A stretch of 64,000 nucleotides of DNA from Alphaproteobacteria bacterium (GCA_965243135.1 OZ251539.1:1440001-1504000), one strand, 5' to 3'; shown: positions 20,220 through 30,151, numbered from the stretch's first letter. Notes: generated by a model from the sequence alone, not told the origin. Made by a program: numbers and translations.

Positions 20220-21479
20220 TCAGGCGAGAAATTGCCGGGGATCGGTGATTTTGCCGGTTACCGCCGACGCGGCCACCGTCGCCGGACTGGCGAGATAGAT
20301 TTCCGCCTTCGCCGATCCGAGGCGGCCGTAATCGTTGCGGGTGCCGGTGTTGATGGAAGTCTCGCCGTCCGCGACGCCGCCGATCCGCCCTCCGGCGCAG
20401 GGACCGCAGCCGGGTTGGGTGATCATGGCCCCGGCTTCGGCGAACAGCGTCAGAAGGCCCCTGCTCTCGGCTTCCGCCATCACCTCTTGCGTTCCCGGGG
20501 TAACGATGAAGCGAACGCCGGGATGAATTCTGCGGCCCGTCAAAATGTCCGCCGCGGCCTGCAGGTCGCTCAGATTGGCGGCGGCGCAGGAACCGACGAA
20601 GGCGTGATGCACCGCGCGGCCCGCGACTTCGGAAACGCCGACGACGCAATCCGGCGTCGGCGGCGCGGCAATCTGCGGTTCCATCACGTCCAGATCGTAT
20701 TCCACGACTTCGCGGAAGGCGGCGTCCGGGTCGCTTGCGACCAGTTCCACCGGCCCGTCGACGCGATCGGCCAGATAGTCGACGGTTTGGCTGTCGGGCT
20801 CGACGAGCACGGACTTGGCGCCGATGTCGATCGGCGTGTTGCAAAGCGTATGGCGTCCGGCGATGTCTATCGCGGCCAGCGCCGGGCCTCCGTATTCGAC
20901 GACCGAATAGTCCACCCGCTCGGCGCCGATGTCGCAAATCAACTTCTGCGCGACGTCCCGGATGCCGGTTCCCGGCTGCAGGCTGCCGGTCAGGTTGACG
21001 CGCACGGTTTCCGGCGTGCGCAGCCAAACCGATCCGCAGGCGAGAACTTCGGCGATTTCGATCAGCACCGGGACGGCGAGCGCCCCGACGGAACCGAAAT
21101 TGGTCACGTGGACGTCGTACGCCTCTATGAACATGCCCGGCTTTACGAAGCCCATTTCGACAGGGAAGACATGCCCGTGTCCCCCGCGGCCGGCATCGAA
21201 GAAATTTCCGATGCCGTACTTTCTGACGATTTCCCGCACTTTTTTCTGCCGTTCGACCGCCTGAGGACTGACCGCAACGGGTTCGTGGTCGGTGCAGATA
21301 ATCACCTTGTCCGGATCGTAGAGGCGGTCGACGCCGAGCTCTTCGAGCGCCCTGTCGAAATTGACCACGTACCAGTCGTGGATGGTCAGGAGTTCTGGCT
21401 CCGGATAGACGATGTCGCCTGCCGAGACGTCGCCGCCGGTGACGCGCGACAGTATCTTTTCGGTAATTGTCTTGCCCAT
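20220..21479 (-). CDS. LeuC/HacA/DmdA-like aconitase-family dehydratase large subunit
   Basis: GKTITEKI, GSC and CGPC 4Fe-4S ligands, YLASPATVAASA.TG.ITDPR. Confidence 0.85.
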   Translation of the reverse strand: MGKTITEKILSRVTGGDVSAGDIVYPEPELLTIHDWYVVNFDRALEELGVDRLYDPDKVIICTDHEPVAVSPQAVERQKKVREIVRKYGIGNFFDAGRGGHGHVFPVEMGFVKPGMFIEAYDVHVTNFGSVGALAVPVLIEIAEVLACGSVWLRTPETVRVNLTGSLQPGTGIRDVAQKLICDIGAERVDYSVVEYGGPALAAIDIAGRHTLCNTPIDIGAKSVLVEPDSQTVDYLADRVDGPVELVASDPDAAFREVVEYDLDVMEPQIAAPPTPDCVVGVSEVAGRAVHHAFVGSCAAANLSDLQAAADILTGRRIHPGVRFIVTPGTQEVMAEAESRGLLTLFAEAGAMITQPGCGPCAGGRIGGVADGETSINTGTRNDYGRLGSAKAEIYLASPATVAASAVTGKITDPRQFLA

Positions 21480-21485
21480 CCGGCG

Positions 21486-22106
21486 TCACTCCAGAGAGGG
21501 GAGGCCGATGACGCTCGCGAGCGGTTCGCCGCTTCGAACGCGCGCATTGCGTGCCTCCTCCGCGCGACGCTGTTCCGCGGCGCGTTCGCACGTCGCGGCG
21601 CCTTCCGACGCCGCGACGACGACAACGCCGTCGCTGTCGCCGATCACGTAGTCGCCGGGCGAAACGACGACGCCGCCCACCGAAACCGGCCTGCCGCGCC
21701 AGCCTTCGTGATTCTTCAGCGTGCCGTGCGGGGCGACGCCTGCCGCGTAGACGGGGACGCCGATCGCCTGCAGTTCGTCGACGTCCCGAACGCAGCCATT
21801 GGTAACGCAACCCGCGAGGTCGCGGACGCTGCAGACGAGAGAGGAGGTGCCGCCCCAGACGGCGGCGCGATCCGTTCCTCCTGCATCGACGACCAGAACC
21901 GATCCGGCGGGCGCGTCGTCGAGAGCCCGGATCACCGCCGTGGTGTCGCCGGGAAACGTCCTGACGGTATAAGCGACGCCGGACATCCGCGCGCCGGGCA
22001 CGATGGAACGAATGTCGGGGGCCATGTCGCCGCGCTTGCCGGCCGCTTCGTATGTCGTGGCCGTCGGGTAGCGGCCCAACGTTTCGGCGATTTCGCACGG
22101 TTTCAT
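21486..22106 (-). CDS. RraA-family / HMG-CHA aldolase-like protein
   Basis: G.AYTV, VLVVD, A.WGG, G.VRD, PGD...GD.DGVV. Confidence 0.82.
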   Translation of the reverse strand: MKPCEIAETLGRYPTATTYEAAGKRGDMAPDIRSIVPGARMSGVAYTVRTFPGDTTAVIRALDDAPAGSVLVVDAGGTDRAAVWGGTSSLVCSVRDLAGCVTNGCVRDVDELQAIGVPVYAAGVAPHGTLKNHEGWRGRPVSVGGVVVSPGDYVIGDSDGVVVVAASEGAATCERAAEQRRAEEARNARVRSGEPLASVIGLPSLE

Positions 22107-22623
22107 GATCGAGCTGGCTCGCTTGCCAATTATGGCTTCAGGCTATCTGCGGAAAGCGGATGCGTCAATTTTTCGACTCCTGGTGAGGATGTAACGAATT
22201 ATGCGGCAGTGAGGATGCTCCATGCGGAAGATGATCAGCCAGGGAGCGCCCCGACACGCGCTCCGGTGGGGCTGCCCTGCCGGAGAGGGCCTTCGAGTGC
22301 AGGCTGTCGCGGAGCGACGTGGCGCCCTATGAGCCGTGGCGCGGGCTGCGATCAGGAAGGGCAGCATGCTCGAAGATGGTGCCGCTCACGATTGCTGCGA
22401 CGTCGCCGCCGGTCAAGCGCTCGACGCCAACGCCCGGATCCCCTTTGCTTGCCCGAACGCGTCAACCTCGTGCTTGGTCCGTCGAGGCGCGAACTCGGCG
22501 GGGTCCGGTTGCGCTCGGCATTGTCCGTCGCTGCATGCCGGATCGCAGGGCCGGATGCCGCCACCGAAACCCACTCGTCGGTCTCTCGTCAACCGCTTGA
22601 GCATTCCTCCTGCGAAAAAGCGC

Positions 22624-23471
22624 TGTCAAGAACATTTTGAACTGGCATGTACCAAATTAATTGACCGCTTCCGTTGTGGTGGTTGGGCCTGTGGGGAAGT
22701 GGTCAGGCGCGAAGCGGCTGTCCACGCCTCCGGCGCGTCGAAGCGGGTCACGCGGCCTTCCGGGTTGTGGTCGGAGACCTGTCGGCCTGGTAGAGGGCGA
22801 GGCGTCCGGGGCCGTGGAAGACGGCAAGGGCGTGGTCGGGGTACTCGTGGACCCGGACCCTGGCCTTGACGTAGTGGTGACGGTCGGCCTGCAGGGGGCG
22901 TCCCCTGTACCGCACCGTGTTGTCGTTCGAGCCGTTCCTCGTGGACGCAGAGGATGTCGTCCAAGGCGCCGGCGAAGGGCACGAAGGCTGACCCCCTCGG
23001 GCGTGTGGAAGTAGTGGCTGGCGGTGTAGAGCGAGCGGAACAGCCCGCGCCGCGGGCGCTTGAGCCGGTGGGCGCCGCGGCGCGGCTCGCACCCGGCCAT
23101 GGGCCTGAAAGGTCAGCCGGACGTAGCTGCGCTGGACGCCATGGCAGGCGACCAGTTTCTCGTGAAAGTGCCTGGCGTTGAAGTCCCGAGTGTCGAACAA
23201 TTCGAGAACATGCGCCACCTCGTCCGCGCCGGCCCGGCGCGCCGAGACCCGGCCCAGGCGACGGTCGTACAACCCTTCCGCGCCTTCCGCCTCGTCGCGG
23301 AAGGTGCGTTCCGAAACGCCCTCCGCCGCCTCGCCCTGGCTCAGCACACCCGGTGCGACACCTCTTTCCTCAGTCCCTGTCGTTGTTCCGTCCGCCGCCA
23401 CCTCCTTTGGTTTGGAAGCGTTCTAAAACCGGACAGGGTACATGGACCGGACATATCATCTGTTATTGACA
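22624..23471 (-). mobile_element. Degenerate, internally deleted ISNCY (IS1202-like) element
   Basis: Ends TGTCAAGAACA / TGTTATTGACA form a 10/11 inverted match. Interior gives transposase fragments in several frames: SQGEAAE.GVSERTFR, GL.DRRLG, HFHEKL, RGAHRLKRPR, NDNTVRYRG, VRVHEYPD. Confidence 0.75.
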
Positions 23472-23523
23472 CGCACCCGATGCTCTCCTTGACGGTTCCG
23501 GCATGGCGGTCTACCCTCTTGGG

Positions 23524-25058
23524 ATGACGAGACGCATGCTTCCGACAGGCATGTCCTCCCTCCGGACGATCCGCGGGCTGGACTGCTACTACGTCGATAA
23601 GACGGAGCATGTGCGCCGCCTCGTCGAGAGGGGCAGGTACTATTTCCTGTCGCGTCCGCGCCGGTTCGGCAAGACCCTGCTGGTGGACACGCTGCAAGAG
23701 CTGTTCGAGGGAAGCGAGGAACCGTTCCGGGGCCTCGCCATGCACGGCAAGTGGGATTGGTCGGTGCGCCATCCGGTTGTGCGGATCAGCTTCGGCGGGG
23801 GTAATTTCGACTCCCCGGACCTCGTTCGGATATCCGTGGAACGGCAGCTGGCGGCGACGGAGAGGCGCGCCGGCCTCGAACCGGGATCCGTCGAGGTGTC
23901 GAACCGTTTCGGGGAATTGATCGAGGCCTTGCACGAGCGCACCGGGCGGCGCGTGGTCGTGCTGGTGGACGAATACGACAAGCCGATCCTGGACGCGCTC
24001 GGCGACCGGGAACTGGCGCTGGCCAACCGCAACTTCCTGCGCGGCTTCTACGCGATGATCAAGGACAACGACAGGCATCTCCGTTTCGTTTTTCTGACGG
24101 GGGTGAGCAAGTTATCGGGCCTGTTCTCGGGGGCCTGAACAACCTGAACGACATCACGCTGGACGAGCGCTACGGCGCCATCTGCGGCTATACGGACGAC
24201 GAGCTGGACGCGGTGTTCGCCCCGGAACTTGGGGGCCTGGACCGGGGCGAGGTCCGCCGCTGGTACAACGGCTACAACTGGCTCGGACCGGAGAGGGTCT
24301 ACAACCCGCACGACATCCTGCTGCTGTTCGACAAGCGCAGATTCCGCCCATACTGGTTCCAGAGCGGCACGCCGACCTTCCTCGTCGACCTTCTGTCGCG
24401 GCGCCGGGTCTCGGCGCCGGCCCTGGAGGGCATGATCGCGGACGACGACCTGCTGTCGGCCATAGATATCGACCGCATTCCCGTCGAGGCGCTGTTGTTC
24501 CAGACCGGTTATTTGACCATCGCCGACGAGAAGCTGGACGAGGACGCGCCCCTCTACCGGCTGGACTACCCGAACCATGAGGTGAAGCGCAGCCTGAACG
24601 CGCTCCTGCTGGAGGCGATGGCGCCGGACATCGCGGTCGCGGCGGAGAGCCGGGAGCTGCGCCGCCTGATGCGCGAGAACGACTTCGCGGGCCTCGAGCG
24701 GCGGTTCCGGGCGTTCCTGGCGAGCAACGAGTGGTACGCGAACACGGGCATGGCCGGCTACGAAGCCCACTACGCGAGCGTGTTCTACTCGCACTTCGCG
24801 GCGGCGGGGATGGACGTCCGCGCGGAGGAGAGCACGGCGCGCGGCCGTTCGGACCTTGCGGTCCTGCACGGCGGCGGCGTCTACCTGTTCGAGTTCAAGG
24901 TCGCGGACGGGAAGCCGCAAGGCCGGGCGCTGGCGCAGATTCGGGAGCGCGGCTACGCGGACAAGTGCCGGCGTCCGGGCGTGCCGGTCCACCTGATCGG
25001 GGTGGAGTTCGGCCGGGAGGAGCGCAACATCGTCAGGTTCGAGTTCGAGACCGTCTGA
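23524..25058 (+). pseudogene. AAA-ATPase-like + PD-(D/E)XK nuclease family protein, frameshifted near 24130
   Basis: YYVDKT, SRPRRFGKT, VDEYDKP, TGVSK; continues in another frame with LNNLNDITLD, WYNGY, YNP, GRSDL..., FEFK. Confidence 0.85.
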
Positions 25059-25315
25059 AGCCGGGAGCTGTTTCCGTTCGGGCGCAGGCGGCGCCCTCTC
25101 GAGAGGCACCGACCGCCACTGTCGCTTCCTGGAGCCGGGCGGCGACGCCGGCCATGCACCGCGCCGGGCTGATCAGCGCGAACGGCGCGGGCAAGACGCC
25201 GCGGGCGCTCGCAGGAATCTACCGGGGTCGGTCGCGAACGACGGCGCCGGCACTTGCACCCCGCGCGACCGCGACAGTCGCTCGATTTCGAGGCCTCGCC
25301 GGCCGGGGAACGGCG

Positions 25316-25569
25316 TCAGGCGCCCTTTGTTTCCGCCCCGTCGTCCGTCGGCGTCGTTCGTTCGGCGACGGTTTCCGGCGCGGCGGTCCGGCGGCCGGCT
25401 ATCAGCGCCTTGAGCGCCGTCATGTTCTCCTCGTGGCGGCGTTCTTCGGCTTCGCGCTGCTGCTGTGTGGCCGCGTTCGTCGTTGGTGCGGACGCCAAAC
25501 GCCGACGGCCGCGAGGACGGCCGCGAGCGCGTTGGCGGAAGCGATGGCGAGGTTAGCGAAGGCAGTCAT
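25316..25569 (-). pseudogene. Small membrane-anchored hypothetical protein, probably frameshifted
   Basis: Hydrophobic N-terminus MTAFANLAIASANALAAVLAAVGVW, then a charged helix QQREAEERRHEENMTALKALI in another frame. Confidence 0.45.
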
Positions 25570-25930
25570 GAGCGTCCTTTCCGGAGACGGGAGACAGTAT
25601 CCGCGGTGCCGATCGTCAAGAGAGACGCTTGCGCCAGGGCGGGAACGGGGCGGTGGCGTTCATTGCCGGGCTCCGTCCTCGAGGCGGCGGCAGGGGCGGC
25701 GCGCGCCGCAAGCGGCGAAACGCCTGAACTCCAGGCTGCGGTTCCGTCGAACGGGAGCGTCGTCCGGTCGAGCGAGGCGGACTTCCGCCGTCGAATCTCC
25801 AGAGTTCGCTCGAAGCCGTGGGCGGCTCGCGAAAGCCTGAGGAAACCCGGAAACGCAACGCAAAATCACCGTGGGCCTGCCCTGCGCCGGGACTGGAACA
25901 AGCAGGTCACCCTGCGACCGAACGCTTGCG

Positions 25931-26305
25931 TTCGATCCAAGAGACCAATATCACCAAGAAGTCATTGAAAAATAAGAATGGCTTGACAAACTTCCTATCG
26001 CACTTCCATGGCCGATTTTATATGAAACGCTGAATACTAAAGTTGTGAAAAATTCTGATTACATTCAAAAAATAGATAAGATTATTCGTAAACCGTCACC
26101 TGAAATTATTGACGATCATCGCTATCGACAGGATGCATATGATACGCTATTGGAGAATAAATATAGTCATGAAAAAAAGAGTCTTGTTGACTTGATTTTT
26201 TGTGCCTTGATCCAAGACGTAAACGTCAAAATAGACGCCCTGCTCGCTTTCAATGAACGCGATTTCCAAATCCTTTGCCAAATCGAAGGAGTTGCGTATC
26301 TTTGA
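25931..26305 (+). pseudogene. PIN-domain protein relic (AT-rich, 5'-truncated, internal stop)
   Basis: One frame reads FDPRDQYHQEVIEK*EWLDKLPIALPWPILYETLNTK...SLVDL...DALLAFNERDF. In-frame TAA at 25973-25975. Confidence 0.65.
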
Positions 26306-26530
26306 GAGTTCGGTTCAAAATTCCTGGTCGTAGATTTTCCATCTCCTTGTTTGGCTTTATCGAATATTTTGCGATTTGACGACCGGGCGAAGATTTGCGA
26401 TTGAGGATGATGTCTATTCCTACTGGAGGAAATTCCGCATGACGGAGATTGGAAAATCGGTGCCGCCTGCCGGAGCGGAATTCTGCGGGCGTTGCCGCTG
26501 CGGCGGGGATGGCGTCCGTTCGTGACGTCG

Positions 26531-27521
26531 ATGGGGTCGACGCGACTGTCTCCGTTTCGGTTGCCGGAAGATGCGCTTGTCTTTCAGGCGAAGGAGAGAC
26601 GTGGCTCGGAAGCCATGGTTTTTCCGCAGGCCGGACAACGGATGACGTACGGCGATTGGCACGAGCGTGCCCGCAGTCTCGCGCGAGGGCTGGTCGATCT
26701 GGGTTTTCGACCGGGAGACCACATCGCGATCCTTGCCGAAAGCCGCGTCGAATGGCCGGTTGCGCAGATGGCCATCGCGATGATGGGCGGCGTCATGGTT
26801 CCGCTGAACACGCATTACCGGCGCGACGATCTGCGGTACGCGCTGTCGCATTCGCGAACGAAATGCCTCTTCCTGTCGACGGAATTTCGCGGCAACCGCT
26901 ATCTTGAAACGGTCCTTGCGCTGCTTCCCGAACTTGAGCATCTGCGAACGCTGGTGCCGTTCGACGAACGCGACGCGCATTCTTATGACGACCTGATCGC
27001 CAAGGGCGCGCGAAGCGATGCCGGGCTTCCGCGGGTTTCTCCGGATTCTATCGCGTCCCTTCAATACACTTCCGGCACGACCGGCTTTCCCAAAGGGGCG
27101 CTGCTCACCCATGCCGGGATGCTCGCCAACGCCTGGGGAATTTCCGGACGCCTGAGAGTGTCCGAACGCGACAGATGGACGTCGATCATCCCGCTGTTCC
27201 ACTGCGCCGGGTGCATCATGTGCGTTCTCGGAACCTTGCAGCGCGGGGCCTGCTACGTCGGCGCGCCCGCCTTCGATCCGCGTGCGACGTTCGAGTTGGT
27301 GGAGACCGAAAAGTGCACCTTGCTTTCCGGCGTGCCGACCTCGCACATCGCCATGCTCGAACATCCCGATCGCGAAAAATACGACCTTTCGACGCTGCGC
27401 GCGGGAACCTGCGGCGGAGCGGACACGGATCCGGCGCTGCTGCGGGAATGCGCCCGCGCCTTTCCGTTGCCGGGCGTCGTTCAGGTGTACGGTCAGACGG
27501 AGGCGAGCACCCTGATCAGCC
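26531..27521 (+). pseudogene. Acyl-CoA synthetase (AMP-binding), 5' part, interrupted by IS66 element
   Basis: YTSGTTGFPKG, PLFH, YGQTE. Breaks at the IS left end. Start codon uncertain. Confidence 0.88.
27514..27521. repeat. 8-bp target site duplication GATCAGCC (left copy; right copy 30316-30323)
   Basis: Identical octamer directly outside both IRs. An 8-bp TSD is typical of IS66. Confidence 0.93.
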
Positions 27522-27548
27522 GTAAGCGTTCGGTCGTGGGGTGATGGC

Positions 27549-28421
27549 CTATTCATTGAGGAGCCGCCTCCAGTCCCGGCGCAGGGGTTTCAGCCAGATG
27601 TCCTTGACCGGGAGAGCGCGTTCTTTCCGGGTATCGAGCTTGCCGCGGCCCTGCGTTTTGCCGACCTTGGTCCAGTTGGCGGCCCGGTAGCAGGTTCCTT
27701 CGAAGCGCGTGCTCTCGCAGAAGGTCTCCATCAGGGCCGGGCGCAACGCGTAGCGGCCTTCCCAATCGTCGGGCAGGCGACATTCAACCATGGCAAGGAT
27801 GCAGGACGCGAGGTTTTTGATCCGGACCCACGGCAAGATCAGGAACCTTGCATTGTTGACCACGAGAGGCAGGTTGCGGCGGCGGGTCTCGGGATCCCAC
27901 CCGACAAGCTTGTCCCGCGGCGCGATCTTCCAGGCCGCGGCGCCGAAGCCGAGGACGGCGAGGGGTTCGCCTCCGGCGGCCCGAACGAAGTATCGCATCT
28001 GCGCGCCGGGCAGCGTCGAATAGCCGAGATAGTGGTAGCGAGCGACGAACTCGTTCCAGAGGCGGCCTTCGCCCGCGTTCCGGACGGGCTCAACGGCGAC
28101 GGGTTGGATATCGGCGAGACGCTCGGGGGTCGGGAACGGGGGCCTGTCGGTCGCGGGACCGGGCACGAGCGGACGGCGGACGACCGGCGCGCGCCTTGGC
28201 GGCGGCAAGACGATCACGCCGTCGCGATGCATGCGCAACATGGCGACGCGCGCGCTCATATCCTTTAGGCCGCCGTCGGGCTTGCGCCAGTCGAGGCGGC
28301 GGCAGACCTCCCGCGACAGCGCCCGGCGGTGGAGGCCGCCCCTCGCGATCAGGCCGCGGATCATGTCGACCTCGTCCTCGGAGAAGTCGCGCCCGCAGTA
28401 GCGGCGGGGGCTGCCGCTCAC
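27549..28421 (-). CDS. DUF4338 (Druantia DruA-like) domain protein
   Basis: RYCGR.F, LDWRKPDGGLK, YHYLGY, G.Q.RY, RD...GW, VNNARFLILPW, NLAS, ETF, GTCYRAANW..VG.T.GRG. GTG start overlaps the transposase stop (GTGA). Confidence 0.85.
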   Translation of the reverse strand: MSGSPRRYCGRDFSEDEVDMIRGLIARGGLHRRALSREVCRRLDWRKPDGGLKDMSARVAMLRMHRDGVIVLPPPRRAPVVRRPLVPGPATDRPPFPTPERLADIQPVAVEPVRNAGEGRLWNEFVARYHYLGYSTLPGAQMRYFVRAAGGEPLAVLGFGAAAWKIAPRDKLVGWDPETRRRNLPLVVNNARFLILPWVRIKNLASCILAMVECRLPDDWEGRYALRPALMETFCESTRFEGTCYRAANWTKVGKTQGRGKLDTRKERALPVKDIWLKPLRRDWRRLLNE

Positions 28422-30064
28422 GGTCCTTGGGGGAGAGCGGGACGCCAGGAGCGGAGACGCTCCTCGCCTGCGCCCCACGGCAGCCAGGCAGCAGGGCCTT
28501 CGGGCGGCGGACCGCGATGCCGGGCGCAGGCATCGAGATAACCGAGTAGCCAGCGGTACGGCGAGACGCCGGCCATCTCGAGCGTGCCGAAGATGGAATA
28601 GAGCATGCCCGCCAACTGCGCTCCGTCCACGCTATGCGACCCGAACGAGAGCTTCCGGCCGATCGCGAGGCCGCGCAGGCCGCGTTCGGCGGGGTTGTTG
28701 TCCATGGGAACGTCTGCGTTGTCGACGAACACTGTCAGGCCGTCGCGGTGGCGTAGCAGGGAGTCCAGAGGGCCGCGTTGCGCCGCGCTCTCCGGAAGCG
28801 CGTCCCGTGCCTTTTTCGCCGCCGCGAAGAACGCTCCGGCGAATCTCGCGAGCCGCCGCTGGGCGGCGGCGTTGCCCGGACACGCCAGACGCCTGGCGTT
28901 GAGTCGGTACAATGCCGCAATGTGACGAAGCCATTTTTGGGCGAACTTCGCGAGGTTCGGGTAGCCGGTCTCAAGGTTGATGAAGTCCCGTCTGGCATGG
29001 ACCCAACAATATGAAAGGACGATGCACCCTTCCATGACGCGCGCCAGCTTCCGGTAGGCGGAGTAGCGGTCGCAGACCAGGTGAGCCGCCTGTTCGGGCG
29101 AGCCGAGCCCCCTGAACAGTTCAAGGGCGGCTTCCGCGCTGCGCGACGGCAGAATAACGATGCGAACCGCGTCCGCCGACCGGGCGATCCATGCCCAGGC
29201 GCGAGCGTTGCCGCCGTCTTCTTCGCCCAACTCCCGTATCCACCACCCTGTTTCGTCGCCGTGAACGACCGGCGCCTCCGACAGGCGCCGGGAGATCTCA
29301 TCGTCGAGCGGCTCGAACAGTCGCAGGAATCCCCGCTGAGCGTCCGCCAACGTGCCGGGCGCAATGGCAAGCCCGTGCTGACCCAGCGCGCGGCAGACCG
29401 AGCGCAACGGACGGTGCAGGCCGTACCTCTCCGCCAGGACGTACGCCCAGACGGAAACTCCGTACCGAGTGTTCGGAAACAGCCGCGCCGGAGCCGGGCC
29501 GACGGCCTCCTTTTCCGGTCGGCAGGTACAGGTCGGGCGCAGCCGCTTCCGTCGAATCCTCCGGACATAGGTGACGGTCCTGGTCTCGATGAGATCCGTG
29601 TCCTTCCAACCGTTCGAGACCCAGGCCTTGCCGCAGTCCGGACACGTGCGCTCGTCCGGAAGCGACTCCTCCTCGCGAACGGGCAGCTCGGGGTGCGGCG
29701 TGCGGCCGTGCGACGGCGTTCCCTGACTGCGCCCCCGGCGTCGACCGGTTGCCGTAGGCTGCCGCTCGCTGCGGCGCCCGAACAACTCCCGGGCAAACCT
29801 GCGGCTGCGGGACTTCAGACTCTCGTTCTCTGCCGTCTCTCGGGGCGGCGCCTCGCGTCTCTTTTTCAGGATTCTAATCAGCGCCATCGCCCGGTGGAAA
29901 GCTCCCTGCCACCTCTCGGCGTCGCGGCGAAACTTCTCCGCTTTATCGAGTGCGCTTTCCAGCGCCTGGCAGAGAGCCGCATTCGCTCGGCATGCCGCAG
30001 CCAGAGCTTGGCCGTCGCCCGACAGCTCGGTCCCGGAAAGCGTGCGTGCAGATTCGACCGCCAT
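28418..30064 (-). CDS. tnpC: IS66 family transposase (TnpC)
   Basis: N-terminal coiled coil, LFGRRSE, CPDCG..CTC zinc finger, HGDETGW, CDRYSAY, CWVHARR.F, DNNPAERGLR. Confidence 0.92.
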   Translation of the reverse strand: MAVESARTLSGTELSGDGQALAAACRANAALCQALESALDKAEKFRRDAERWQGAFHRAMALIRILKKRREAPPRETAENESLKSRSRRFARELFGRRSERQPTATGRRRGRSQGTPSHGRTPHPELPVREEESLPDERTCPDCGKAWVSNGWKDTDLIETRTVTYVRRIRRKRLRPTCTCRPEKEAVGPAPARLFPNTRYGVSVWAYVLAERYGLHRPLRSVCRALGQHGLAIAPGTLADAQRGFLRLFEPLDDEISRRLSEAPVVHGDETGWWIRELGEEDGGNARAWAWIARSADAVRIVILPSRSAEAALELFRGLGSPEQAAHLVCDRYSAYRKLARVMEGCIVLSYCWVHARRDFINLETGYPNLAKFAQKWLRHIAALYRLNARRLACPGNAAAQRRLARFAGAFFAAAKKARDALPESAAQRGPLDSLLRHRDGLTVFVDNADVPMDNNPAERGLRGLAIGRKLSFGSHSVDGAQLAGMLYSIFGTLEMAGVSPYRWLLGYLDACARHRGPPPEGPAAWLPWGAGEERLRSWRPALPQGP

Positions 30065-30070
30065 GGCAGC

Positions 30071-30099
30071 CGTATACAAGAACAAAAGAAGAGTGTCCA
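30071..30099 (-). promoter_or_regulatory. Putative sigma70 promoter for tnpC (leaderless transcript)
   Basis: TGGACA-17 nt-TATACG, then 6 nt to ATG at 30064. No SD. Confidence 0.5.
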
Positions 30100-30138
30100 G
30101 GCCTGGGCGATTCGCCTGGCTCGACAGCCCGCTTCGCA

Positions 30139-30151
30139 ACCGAACGCTTAC
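30139..30151 (-). repeat. Internal third IS66 end (GTAAGCGTTCGGT)
   Basis: 13/13 match to the first 13 bp of the terminal IR, same orientation as the outer right end. Confidence 0.85.

Noticed and set aside
19679-21479. Leucine-biosynthetic leuCD
   Set aside because: Short HacA/DmdA-like length, altered substrate motifs, catabolic context and no other leu genes.
22413-22604. Short minus-strand ORF with a strong AGGAGG RBS
   Set aside because: No recognisable protein motif; may be debris, so not called.
22621-23474. CGC direct repeat flanking the ISNCY relic as a target duplication
   Set aside because: A 3-bp match is easily chance in GC-rich DNA.
27549-28421. Complete Druantia defence system
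   Set aside because: Only a DruA-like domain is present. There is no DruE helicase or DruB-D, and the gene lies inside IS ends.
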